The notes beneath the pieces were generated by a model that did no database searches, was not told the origin of the DNA, and saw nothing but the letters and a program-made list of their open reading frames with translations. DNA of 64,000 bases, from IMG/VR virus record IMGVR_UViG_3300048904_000313, positions 9,468 to 73,467 of that record; one strand, written 5' to 3'. Of this stretch, positions 26,739-34,021 are shown piece by piece. A program made the translations under genes and the position numbers. The stretch is from a virus. Within the stretch, counting starts at the first letter, position 1; each line of letters starts with the position of its first letter.

Positions 26739-27817
26739 AGTGCGTGGTGGTTGGCGCCGGCTTGGCCGGCGCCACCGCCGCTCGCAAGGTGAGCCTTCAC
26801 CCCGACTGGGAGGTCGAGGTCTACGAGGCAGCACCTGAGGTGGGCGGCAACCTGAGAGCCAGCTCCATTGCTGGCGTCCTGTACGAGCCCTTCGGGCCAC
26901 ACATCTTCCACACCAACAACCTCGTTGCCTGGGACTGGATCACCAGCTACGCCAAGCTGGTGCCGTATCAGCACACGGTCAAGAGTCAACTGGCCAACGG
27001 CCGCATCCTCTCCTGGCCTCCCCAGGTGGAGGAGCTGAAGACGCTGCCGGAGTGGTCGAGGATCGCCGCGGAGCTCGACGCGCGGCCGGCTTCTCCCTCC
27101 GCGGCGAACTTCGAGAGCTACGCCATCGAGGTCATGGGCGCCACGCTCTACGCCTGGTTCTGCGAGGAGTACACGCGCAAGCAGTGGGGGACCGACCCTC
27201 ACCTGCTGAGCTCCAGGTTCGCACCGAAGCGGATCGACCTTCGCACGGACGGCGATCGGCGACTCTTCCGCGATCAGGACCAGGGTTGGGTGGCGGGTGG
27301 CTTCCAGAACCTCGTCCACGCGCTGCTGCACAACATCCCGGTCCACACTGGACGAGAGCTCACTCTCTCCACGCTGCCGGCGGCGGACGCCTACGTCATT
27401 ACCGCGCCCCTGGACGACTTCCTCGGTGAGGAGCCCCTTCCCTGGCGCGGCGTCCGCAGTGAGGCCACCTACTACCCCGACCGCGTGGGTCGTTCGCTCC
27501 CCGCACCGGTGCTCAACCGGCCGGGCGCGGAGGTCCCGTGGACTCGGGAGGTGGAGACCAGGCAGATGGCGGGCCAGGACACACTGGGCACCGTCATCGT
27601 GAGGGAGTACCCTGGGGCCAGCACCAGGTACTACCCGGTGGACGACGTCGACGGGGAGAACCGTGCCCGGTGGCGGGCGCTGCGAGACGAGCTCAAGATC
27701 CACCTGCCCAACGCCCACCTGGCCGGTCGCCTGGCCAACTACGTCTACATCGACATGGACCAGGCCATCGTCCAGGCTCTCAACGCCGCAGGACGGATCA
27801 CGAGGGGAACAGAGTGA
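26735..27817 (+). CDS. glf: UDP-galactopyranose mutase homologue
   Basis: FAD motif VVGAGLAG, GGN, GPHIFHT, YTRKQWG, REYP, YYP, GRLANY.YIDMDQAI. Confidence 0.9.
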   Translation: MKCVVVGAGLAGATAARKVSLHPDWEVEVYEAAPEVGGNLRASSIAGVLYEPFGPHIFHTNNLVAWDWITSYAKLVPYQHTVKSQLANGRILSWPPQVEELKTLPEWSRIAAELDARPASPSAANFESYAIEVMGATLYAWFCEEYTRKQWGTDPHLLSSRFAPKRIDLRTDGDRRLFRDQDQGWVAGGFQNLVHALLHNIPVHTGRELTLSTLPAADAYVITAPLDDFLGEEPLPWRGVRSEATYYPDRVGRSLPAPVLNRPGAEVPWTREVETRQMAGQDTLGTVIVREYPGASTRYYPVDDVDGENRARWRALRDELKIHLPNAHLAGRLANYVYIDMDQAIVQALNAAGRITRGTE

Positions 27818-29076
27818 CCTACACGTTCATCGACAACCAGGGCTTCGCCGGCGGCTTCGCCTGTGGCGCCACCCAGGCGGGCTTCCACCTGGTCGGCAAG
27901 CTGGAGAAGCCGGGTGGCTTCGGCGTCCCGCTGATGGAGGCCAACCGCGTCTTCCTCGGCGACGACTGGGAGGCACAGGTCGGCGATCCCAGCAGCTGGA
28001 AGGCCGTCAAGGCCGACGTCATCGTTGCCACGCCACCCTGCAGCGGCTTCTCCTCCATGACAGCCGGCATCGCTGGCATGCACGGCATCGACGCGCCGAT
28101 CAACCAGTGCATGAAGGACCTGATCGGCTACGCCATCAAGGTCAAGCCCACGGTCGTCTGCATGGAGTCGGTCGGCCAGGCGTACACCAAGGGTCTCGAC
28201 CTGATGCGGCGGCTGCGTCAGACGCTCAGCGACGAGACGGGGCTCACGTATCACGCCACGCACGTGATGCAGAACAACCTCTCCACGGGTGGCTGCACCA
28301 ACCGCCGGCGGTACTTCCTCGTGTTGAGCCAGGTGCCCTTCGGCGTGGAACGCTACGACCTGAAGCGAGTCGCCACCGTGGGTGACGCGCTCGAGGACCT
28401 GCGCAACCTCGACATCACCTGGGACCCTCAGGCGTACGAGGACGAGCCGACCTGGTGGTCCGCGGAGCGTCGCTCCAAGACCGGCATGGTGGACGGCCAC
28501 ATGGACCCGCCCGACGGCCCGTACAAGCGTCGCATCTACGACATGGCGCAGAGCCCCGACGCCGTGGAGTGGAAGGCGGGCGAGGGCGACACGGACATGC
28601 TCCGTCGCTGGTACGAGACGCACGGCTCGCTCCCCGACTCCTGGGACTACGTCTCCGCTGGCAAGGAGAAGAGCCGTACTGAACAGATGGTGGAGCGCGG
28701 CTTCAAGATGGGCGGCTTCTCCAAGCCGAAGCACTGGCCGTGGGACGTCCCAGGCCGCGTGATCAACGGCTCCGGCCCGATCCAGGTGTGGCACCCCGAC
28801 GGCCGCTTCTCCACGCACCGGGAGATCGCTCGCCTGATGGGCTTCCCCGACGACTGGGTGGTCGGCACTGCGAAGGACACCCGCGCCCTCACCTCCTACT
28901 GGGGCAAGGGCACGTCCGTCTCGCCGGCGAAGTGGCTGATGGACTGGGTGCGCAACAGCCTGGACGGCAACCCTGGTTCCTACGTAGGCGAGGAACTGGC
29001 GGCAGGTGACCGCTTCATCACGGTCGCCCCGGACTGGAAGCCGGTCTGGGAGGCACAGACCGCCACGGCAGCCTGA
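27814..29076 (+). CDS. Divergent DNA cytosine-C5 methyltransferase (Dcm-like)
   Basis: Motif I-like QGFAGGF, motif IV PPCSGFS, motif VI variant MESV, motif VIII RRRYF, motif IX-X THREIARLMGFPDDW...GKG. Confidence 0.75.
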   Translation: MTYTFIDNQGFAGGFACGATQAGFHLVGKLEKPGGFGVPLMEANRVFLGDDWEAQVGDPSSWKAVKADVIVATPPCSGFSSMTAGIAGMHGIDAPINQCMKDLIGYAIKVKPTVVCMESVGQAYTKGLDLMRRLRQTLSDETGLTYHATHVMQNNLSTGGCTNRRRYFLVLSQVPFGVERYDLKRVATVGDALEDLRNLDITWDPQAYEDEPTWWSAERRSKTGMVDGHMDPPDGPYKRRIYDMAQSPDAVEWKAGEGDTDMLRRWYETHGSLPDSWDYVSAGKEKSRTEQMVERGFKMGGFSKPKHWPWDVPGRVINGSGPIQVWHPDGRFSTHREIARLMGFPDDWVVGTAKDTRALTSYWGKGTSVSPAKWLMDWVRNSLDGNPGSYVGEELAAGDRFITVAPDWKPVWEAQTATAA

Positions 29077-29084
29077 CCTGCCAC

Positions 29085-29123
29085 GTCCAACCCCTTCCAA
29101 ACTCGTTGAGGAAGGGGTTGGAC
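29085..29123 (+). terminator. Intrinsic terminator hairpin
   Basis: Perfect 14-bp inverted repeat GTCCAACCCCTTCC / GGAAGGGGTTGGAC. Confidence 0.75.
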
Positions 29124-29148
29124 AACTCCCTGACCTGTGCTGTAGGTT
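29119..29148 (+). promoter_or_regulatory. Promoter for tRNA-Pro
   Basis: TGGACA-N18-TAGGTT. Confidence 0.6.
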
Positions 29149-29182
29149 GTTCTCAGCAGCACAGCACGGAACGAAGCGACAA

Positions 29183-29256
29183 CGGGACGTAGTTCAACTT
29201 GGTAGAGCACCTGGTTTGGGACCAGGATGTTGGGGGTTCAAATCCCTCCGTCCCGA
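29183..29256 (+). tRNA. tRNA-Pro(TGG)
   Basis: Acceptor CGGGACG/CGTCCCG, anticodon arm CCTGG-TTTGGGA-CCAGG, T-loop GGTTCAAATCC; no encoded CCA. Confidence 0.95.
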
Positions 29257-29363
29257 CGTGAGGACTGGGCACGGGTAGAGCGTAAGACATGCGCGCTTAC
29301 GGCTCCAGGGTAGAAACCCCGTGGCATCTGACAACTGCTTAGCAAGGAAGGGAAGGGAAGCGA

Positions 29364-29759
29364 GTGAGCAAGAACACGACCAACGCCGGCAGCGTCGGCA
29401 AGGCGATCGGCGCTGGCGTCCTCGGTCTCGCGGTCTTCGGCGGCGTCATCTTCGGCGGCTGGGAGGCGGGTTGGTGGTTCACCAACCAGAACGCGAACCG
29501 TGAGGGTCACGTCATCCGCAACAGCTACTCCAACCAGCAGACGCTGCGGGACCAGATCACCAAGGGCCTCGGTGACGTGACGGACATGGACCGTCAGATC
29601 ACTCAGGCGAAGGGCGACAACGCCACCGCGCTGACTGCCCAGCGGCACGCCATCGCCAACCAGGTCTGCCAGGAGGCAGTGCAGGTAAGCGGTGATCCGC
29701 TGCCGTCCGATCAGGCCGACTGGGTGTCCCAGAACTGCGTCATGGGGAGCGCGAAGTGA
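29364..29759 (+). CDS. Membrane-anchored protein
   Basis: N-terminal hydrophobic helix; helical periplasmic-type C-terminus with two Cys. Confidence 0.7.
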   Translation: MSKNTTNAGSVGKAIGAGVLGLAVFGGVIFGGWEAGWWFTNQNANREGHVIRNSYSNQQTLRDQITKGLGDVTDMDRQITQAKGDNATALTAQRHAIANQVCQEAVQVSGDPLPSDQADWVSQNCVMGSAK

Positions 29760-30352
29760 AGAAGACGATCCAGGTCCGCACCAAGTACCTCGTCCTCGGG
29801 ACCGCCATGGTCGGCGTTCTCACCCTGACGGCCGGTGCCTGCGACGATGGTGGCAGCAGCAGCGGTCAGGACAAGGAGAACAAGCAGCAGGCACAGTCCA
29901 CGAACTCCCTGGTCACCAACCAGCCGATCCCGCACTTCAACTACTCGCAGATCCGGCAGAACCTGAAGGAGATCGAGGCGGCGGAGGCCAACGGCGTCCA
30001 GACCACCACGTTCTTCTTCAACCAGGGCGTCCAGGACCCGATCGACTCCTGCCCGTCCATCGGCGCGCCGATCCCCACCACGGACCAGCTCTCCAACCCG
30101 CAGCAGACCACGGACGGCCACTACAACGGCAACTACGGTCTCACCACGATCGGGCAGATGGACCCCACCGGCGTCTACACCGGTGACTCCAGCGGCACGT
30201 ACGTGATGTGCGTCGGCGGCAACGGCAAGACCTACGCCTCCTACTGGGAGGGCTACGTCAAGACCGTCTTCGCCAACGCCACCTGGGACAAGGCCACGCA
30301 CAGCGTCAAGGTGCTGGGCGACCCGTCCTTCAAGTTCACCGGCAAGAAGTAG
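29756..30352 (+). CDS. Putative lipoprotein
   Basis: Basic N-terminus, hydrophobic core, lipobox-like TAGAC. Confidence 0.7.
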   Translation: MKKTIQVRTKYLVLGTAMVGVLTLTAGACDDGGSSSGQDKENKQQAQSTNSLVTNQPIPHFNYSQIRQNLKEIEAAEANGVQTTTFFFNQGVQDPIDSCPSIGAPIPTTDQLSNPQQTTDGHYNGNYGLTTIGQMDPTGVYTGDSSGTYVMCVGGNGKTYASYWEGYVKTVFANATWDKATHSVKVLGDPSFKFTGKK

Positions 30353-30364
30353 GGGGACCGGGAC

Positions 30365-30766
30365 GTGCGGATCAAGAAGGCTCTCGCCTCCGCCGGCGTC
30401 GCGCTGGCACTCGTCGGTGGCGTCGACGCCACCACCACGGCCTGCGGCAAGGGCGTCGGCGGCTACAGTGACGCTGGGTATGTGGACGAGGTGCAGTACG
30501 GGTACTACGACCCGGGCTACGCCGGCGACGCGGCGCACTACCACTACTACCCGCACCCCAAGCAGGTGCACATCCCCGCGAGCCAGTACCGCAAGTACCG
30601 GTACGAGTACCAGCCACACGGGACGCAGCACACGGTGACCGTCCACCGCACGACGACCACCACGACGCATCACAGCAAGACCGGTCACAAGATCACGACG
30701 CGTCACGTCACGTCCCGCCGGACCACGACGACGACTCGACGCAGCACCACGAGCCGTCACCACTGA
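30365..30766 (+). CDS. Putative lipoprotein with Tyr-rich core and Thr/His/Arg-rich tail
   Basis: MRIKK..hydrophobic..TTAC; low-complexity C-terminus. Confidence 0.6.
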   Translation: MRIKKALASAGVALALVGGVDATTTACGKGVGGYSDAGYVDEVQYGYYDPGYAGDAAHYHYYPHPKQVHIPASQYRKYRYEYQPHGTQHTVTVHRTTTTTTHHSKTGHKITTRHVTSRRTTTTTRRSTTSRHH

Positions 30767-30777
30767 TCCACTTGCCG

Positions 30778-30806
30778 CGGGACCCTGGCCAGGTGCCAGG
30801 GTCCCG
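30778..30806 (+). terminator. Intrinsic terminator hairpin
   Basis: CGGGACCCTGGC-CAGGT-GCCAGGGTCCCG. Confidence 0.75.
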
Positions 30807-30845
30807 TGGTAGGGTACAGGGGAGGATGGACATCCATCACCTCGT

Positions 30846-30922
30846 AGCGGGATGGCGCAGTTCGGTAGCGCGTGGGGCTCATAACCCTGAGGCCGTGGGT
30901 TCAAATCCCACTCCCGCCACCA
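30846..30922 (+). tRNA. tRNA-Met(CAT), initiator-like
   Basis: Anticodon arm with GGG/CCC, CTCATAA loop, 1:72 mismatch (A/C), TTCAAAT T-loop, CCA end. Confidence 0.9.
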
Positions 30923-30923
30923 A

Positions 30924-30999
30924 TGACTTGTAGCTCAATCGGCAGAGCATCGCACTGTTAATGCGGGTGTTGCAGGTTCGAGTCCTGCCAGGTCAGCCA
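30924..30999 (+). tRNA. tRNA-Asn(GTT)
   Basis: TGACTTG/CAGGTCA acceptor, CGCA-CTGTTAA-TGCG, GGTTCGAGTCC, CCA. Confidence 0.95.
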
Positions 31000-31000
31000 T

Positions 31001-31076
31001 GCGTCTGTAGCTCAGCGGCCAGAGCAGCCGTCTCCAAAGCGGCTAGTCCCAGGTTCGAGTCCTGGCAGGCGTGCCA
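31001..31076 (+). tRNA. tRNA-Trp(CCA)
   Basis: GCGTCTG/CAGGCGT acceptor, GCCGT-CTCCAAA-GCGGC, GGTTCGAGTCC, CCA. Confidence 0.95.
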
Positions 31077-31077
31077 T

Positions 31078-31149
31078 TCCCCGTTGGTGTAATTGGCAAC
31101 ACACCACGCTCTGGACGTGGCATTCGAGGTTCGAATCCTCGGTGGGGAG
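31078..31149 (+). tRNA. tRNA-Gln(CTG)
   Basis: TCCCCGT/GTGGGGA acceptor, CCACG-CTCTGGA-CGTGG, GGTTCGAATCC; no encoded CCA. Confidence 0.9.
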
Positions 31150-31327
31150 CTCGCAAGTAACGGGCGGAGTAAGGAAGCCCAGGGCCACGAGAGTCAGATG
31201 GGAATCCTTTTCCTTAGTCCACGCCCGTGGAGGTCCCGGCAGTCGCTTGTGGTGAGGGTCTCGTCCCGCCACGTCTCTTAGCCGGAGGCCAGCGAGACGA
31301 GACCTCTCAACTCTCGCGACGAGGGTG

Positions 31328-31356
31328 TGTACAGCAGCGTCAATCTCTGGTATTGT
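31328..31356 (+). promoter_or_regulatory. Sigma70/HrdB-type promoter
   Basis: TGTACA-N17(ending TGG)-TATTGT. Confidence 0.7.
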
Positions 31357-31401
31357 TTCTCTCGTCAGCAGGAACCAGGAAGTTCAGGAACGGAGAGCAT
31401 C

Positions 31402-32373
31402 ATGACTGTCGCAACCATCGAGACCCCCGTAGTCACCGAGCCCAAGGCCATCCGGCAGATGCCGTGGCAGGACCTCGTCTCCCCCGGCATCGTCGCCGGC
31501 AACGTCGAGGCGAAGGACGGCCTCACCAGCCAGGAGATGCTGAAGGCCGCAGACCTCGACTGGGACGTCGCGAAGCGTCCGCTCTGGCGCCGCATGAGCG
31601 ACGGCACCTTCAAGCAGCACAGCTCCCGAAGCGAGATCTACCGTGTGGACAACGACGCGGAGCTCGGCGACTGCAAGAGTCGCTACGTGCCCTTCCAGAA
31701 CCGCGAGGCCTTCGCCTTCGGTGACGCGCTCGTCGAGCAGGGCGTCGGCAAGTGGACCGTGGCCGGCCAGCAGAACGACGGCAAGCGAGTCTTCATGGTC
31801 ATGGAGCTCGGTGAGGGCTTCGACGTCCTCGGTGGCGACAGCTACCAGACCTATCTCTTCCTCCGCACCAGCCACGGTGACGGCACCAGCATCAGCGCCT
31901 CGGTCATCCCGTTCCGCCTGCAGTGCACCAACCAGTCCGCCCTCGCTCGTCGTGAGGCGCTCTCCTCCTGGTCGATCCCGCACACCACCACGGTGTCGGA
32001 GCGCCTCGAGGAGGCCCGCAACGCGCTCAAGCTGACCATGGACTACGAGGCGGAGTTCGCCAAGCTGGCGGAGCAGCTGGCCTCGGTCAAGGTCACCGAC
32101 GAGCAGATCAAGATGCTGCTCAACAACGCGGTGCCCACCAACCGCGCTCGCCGCGACGACGTGATCGCCGACGTGATCGCCAACATCCAGACGTCGCCCA
32201 CCGCGGAGGAGTTCCGTGGCACCGGCTACTGGGTGCTGAACGGCGCCACTGAGTACTACGACCACGTCAAGACGCAGCGCAACGGCAACGCCCGCTTCGA
32301 GTCGATCATGTTCGGCGAGGGCCGCACCGTCCGCGACGCGCTCAGCCAGGCCATCCTGGCCCTGGCCGCCTGA
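31402..32373 (+). CDS. DUF932-family protein
   Basis: L..A.LDWDVAKRPL, YVPFQNREAF.F.D.L, YL.L.TSHGDG, R..CTNQ, GT.YW.LNG.TEYYDH. Confidence 0.85.
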   Translation: MTVATIETPVVTEPKAIRQMPWQDLVSPGIVAGNVEAKDGLTSQEMLKAADLDWDVAKRPLWRRMSDGTFKQHSSRSEIYRVDNDAELGDCKSRYVPFQNREAFAFGDALVEQGVGKWTVAGQQNDGKRVFMVMELGEGFDVLGGDSYQTYLFLRTSHGDGTSISASVIPFRLQCTNQSALARREALSSWSIPHTTTVSERLEEARNALKLTMDYEAEFAKLAEQLASVKVTDEQIKMLLNNAVPTNRARRDDVIADVIANIQTSPTAEEFRGTGYWVLNGATEYYDHVKTQRNGNARFESIMFGEGRTVRDALSQAILALAA

Positions 32374-32395
32374 TCCAAGCCGGCCACCCCTGACT

Positions 32396-32440
32396 GGCGC
32401 CGGCGGGAGGGAGTACCTGACCCCTCTCGTCGGCGCCTTT
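32396..32440 (+). terminator. Intrinsic terminator hairpin
   Basis: GGCGCCGGCGGGAGGG / CCCTCTCGTCGGCGCC stem followed by TTT. Confidence 0.7.
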
Positions 32441-32469
32441 CCATGTTCATCAGCTTGAAGGAGTCCACG

Positions 32470-32781
32470 TTGACCGACACCCCTCAACCGGCCAAGGAGT
32501 TCGGTGGCTACACCGACGTGGCCAAGGCTCTCGCCATAGCCTTCCCCAACCCGCAGGAGAGGGGCCTCAAGGCGTTCACTCGTCAGCAGGTGCACGTCTG
32601 GTGGCTTCGTCGAGAGCGCAACCTCTTCCCCGGAAAGTACCCGCGGGTCGTGAACGGGGTCAAGAAGGAACTCTTCAGGGTCTCTGAGGTTGTCGACTGG
32701 TACCGTGGGTATGTACCCAGTACGGGCGGCCGACAGGCGGCGAGCGGGTCACAGGAGACCGCACAGGAGACTGCTTCGTAA
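32470..32781 (+). CDS. Putative HTH DNA-binding protein (excisionase/MerR-like)
   Basis: TDVAKAL...TRQQVHVWW.RR..N.FP...LFRVSEVVDWY; TTG start after GAAGGAG. Confidence 0.6.
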   Translation: MTDTPQPAKEFGGYTDVAKALAIAFPNPQERGLKAFTRQQVHVWWLRRERNLFPGKYPRVVNGVKKELFRVSEVVDWYRGYVPSTGGRQAASGSQETAQETAS

Positions 32782-32785
32782 CCTG

Positions 32786-32814
32786 TTTACATTCTGCCTC
32801 GACCCTGGTACTGT
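32786..32814 (+). promoter_or_regulatory. Sigma70/HrdB-type promoter
   Basis: TTTACA-N17(ending TGG)-TACTGT. Confidence 0.7.
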
Positions 32815-32862
32815 TAGTCTCGTCGGGACAGGAAGCGAGACGAACGGAAGGTCGAGAGCCAA

Positions 32863-33207
32863 GTGGACACTCACCCGCAGGCCCTGGTCGTCAGCAAGCC
32901 GTGCAGCGGCTTCATGCACGGCAACTGCAAGGACGACGAGTGTGGCTGCAACTGCCACCAGGTCTGCGCCAAGTGCATGGTCAAGTGCCAGGCTACCTAC
33001 GACGCCTCCGAGGTCATCGGCGAGGAGCAGCTCGTCTGCGCCGAGTGCTACGTTCTCATCACCAAGAACCGGAAGAAGCCCCGCTGCGAGGCCGAGGATT
33101 GCCAGTCGACCACGGCGTACCGCGACCCCGCGGTGGGGAACTTCTACCTCTGCATGGACTGCCATCAGCAGCACGCCATCAACCAGGCGAACCCCCTCGC
33201 CAACTAG
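32863..33207 (+). CDS. Cys-rich multi-Zn-finger protein
   Basis: Many Cys/His ligands including CAKC, CAEC, CMDC. Confidence 0.65.
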   Translation: MDTHPQALVVSKPCSGFMHGNCKDDECGCNCHQVCAKCMVKCQATYDASEVIGEEQLVCAECYVLITKNRKKPRCEAEDCQSTTAYRDPAVGNFYLCMDCHQQHAINQANPLAN

Positions 33208-33231
33208 CACGTCAGGAACGGAGCAGGAACC

Positions 33232-33957
33232 ATGGACAGCAACACGATGCAGCTCGCCGTCATCGCCGACCCGGAGGAGGCGGAGAGCGGAGAGCCGCTG
33301 CACCAGCGGTGGCACCTCTTCTCGTCGCGGACGCCGAAGAAGCACCGCATCCAGGACCTCGTCGCGCGTCTGCGCGGTGACCTCAAGCGCTCCCAGGACC
33401 TCAACGAGGAGCTGGGCGGCATGCTCAAGGACGCGCTCGAGAAGAACGTGGACCTGCAGGAGCAGATGGCGGAGCTCACCGAGAAGCTGCGCGTGGCGGA
33501 GGAGGCCAACCGCGTCAACGACATGAGCGTGGACTTCAACTTCTCGCCTCGCCGCATCGACGGGCCGGCCGATCAGGCCACCATGCCGGTGCCGGTCGTG
33601 GAGATGCAGAAGCTGATGGACGAGCCCAGCGTCGTGGCGGTAGCAGCCAACGCCGCGACCGCACTCCTGGAGCGAGTCGTGCCCAAGACCACGCAGCAGC
33701 CGCAGCTCGTGCCGGCCTACGCGCCGATGGCTGTGGAGTCCGACCCCGATCTGGACGAGGCGGAGGTCTACAACGAGACCAGCAACGGCTGGAACGTCCG
33801 TCGGCCGCAGGTTCCCGTCCCGCCCGTCACCTGGGGCGGCAAGGTGGCGTCGTCTCGCACCCTGCGGACCAACATGTCCAGCACCGGCACCTTCAGCGTC
33901 GTGTCTCTGCAGCAGCGAGGCACCGGTCCCACCGCGATCCCCGGGCTCACGGGCTAG
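33232..33957 (+). CDS. Hypothetical coiled-coil protein (last rightward gene)
   Basis: ORF track; heptad region; GGAG RBS. Confidence 0.65.
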   Translation: MDSNTMQLAVIADPEEAESGEPLHQRWHLFSSRTPKKHRIQDLVARLRGDLKRSQDLNEELGGMLKDALEKNVDLQEQMAELTEKLRVAEEANRVNDMSVDFNFSPRRIDGPADQATMPVPVVEMQKLMDEPSVVAVAANAATALLERVVPKTTQQPQLVPAYAPMAVESDPDLDEAEVYNETSNGWNVRRPQVPVPPVTWGGKVASSRTLRTNMSSTGTFSVVSLQQRGTGPTAIPGLTG

Positions 33958-33968
33958 AGACAGCTCAA

Positions 33969-34009
33969 GCCGCCCACCCCGGGTGACGACGAGGCCCAGG
34001 GTGGGCGGC
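33969..34009. terminator. Bidirectional terminator at the convergence point
   Basis: GCCGCCCACCC...GGGTGGGCGGC between convergent stops at 33957 and 34022. Confidence 0.75.
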
Positions 34010-34021
34010 GGTACTGACGGG

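Noticed and set aside
30640-30760. ACG/ACC trinucleotide-like repeats
   Set aside because: These are simply Thr-rich coding sequence of the lipoprotein, not an independent repeat element.
31150-31320. SRP RNA, hammerhead, HDV-like/theta ribozyme or tmRNA after the tRNA cluster
   Set aside because: Diagnostic cores (SRP helix-8 AGCAG, CUGAUGA/GAAA, nested P1-P3 pseudoknot, tag ORF) could not be matched by eye. Kept only as an unassigned structured RNA.
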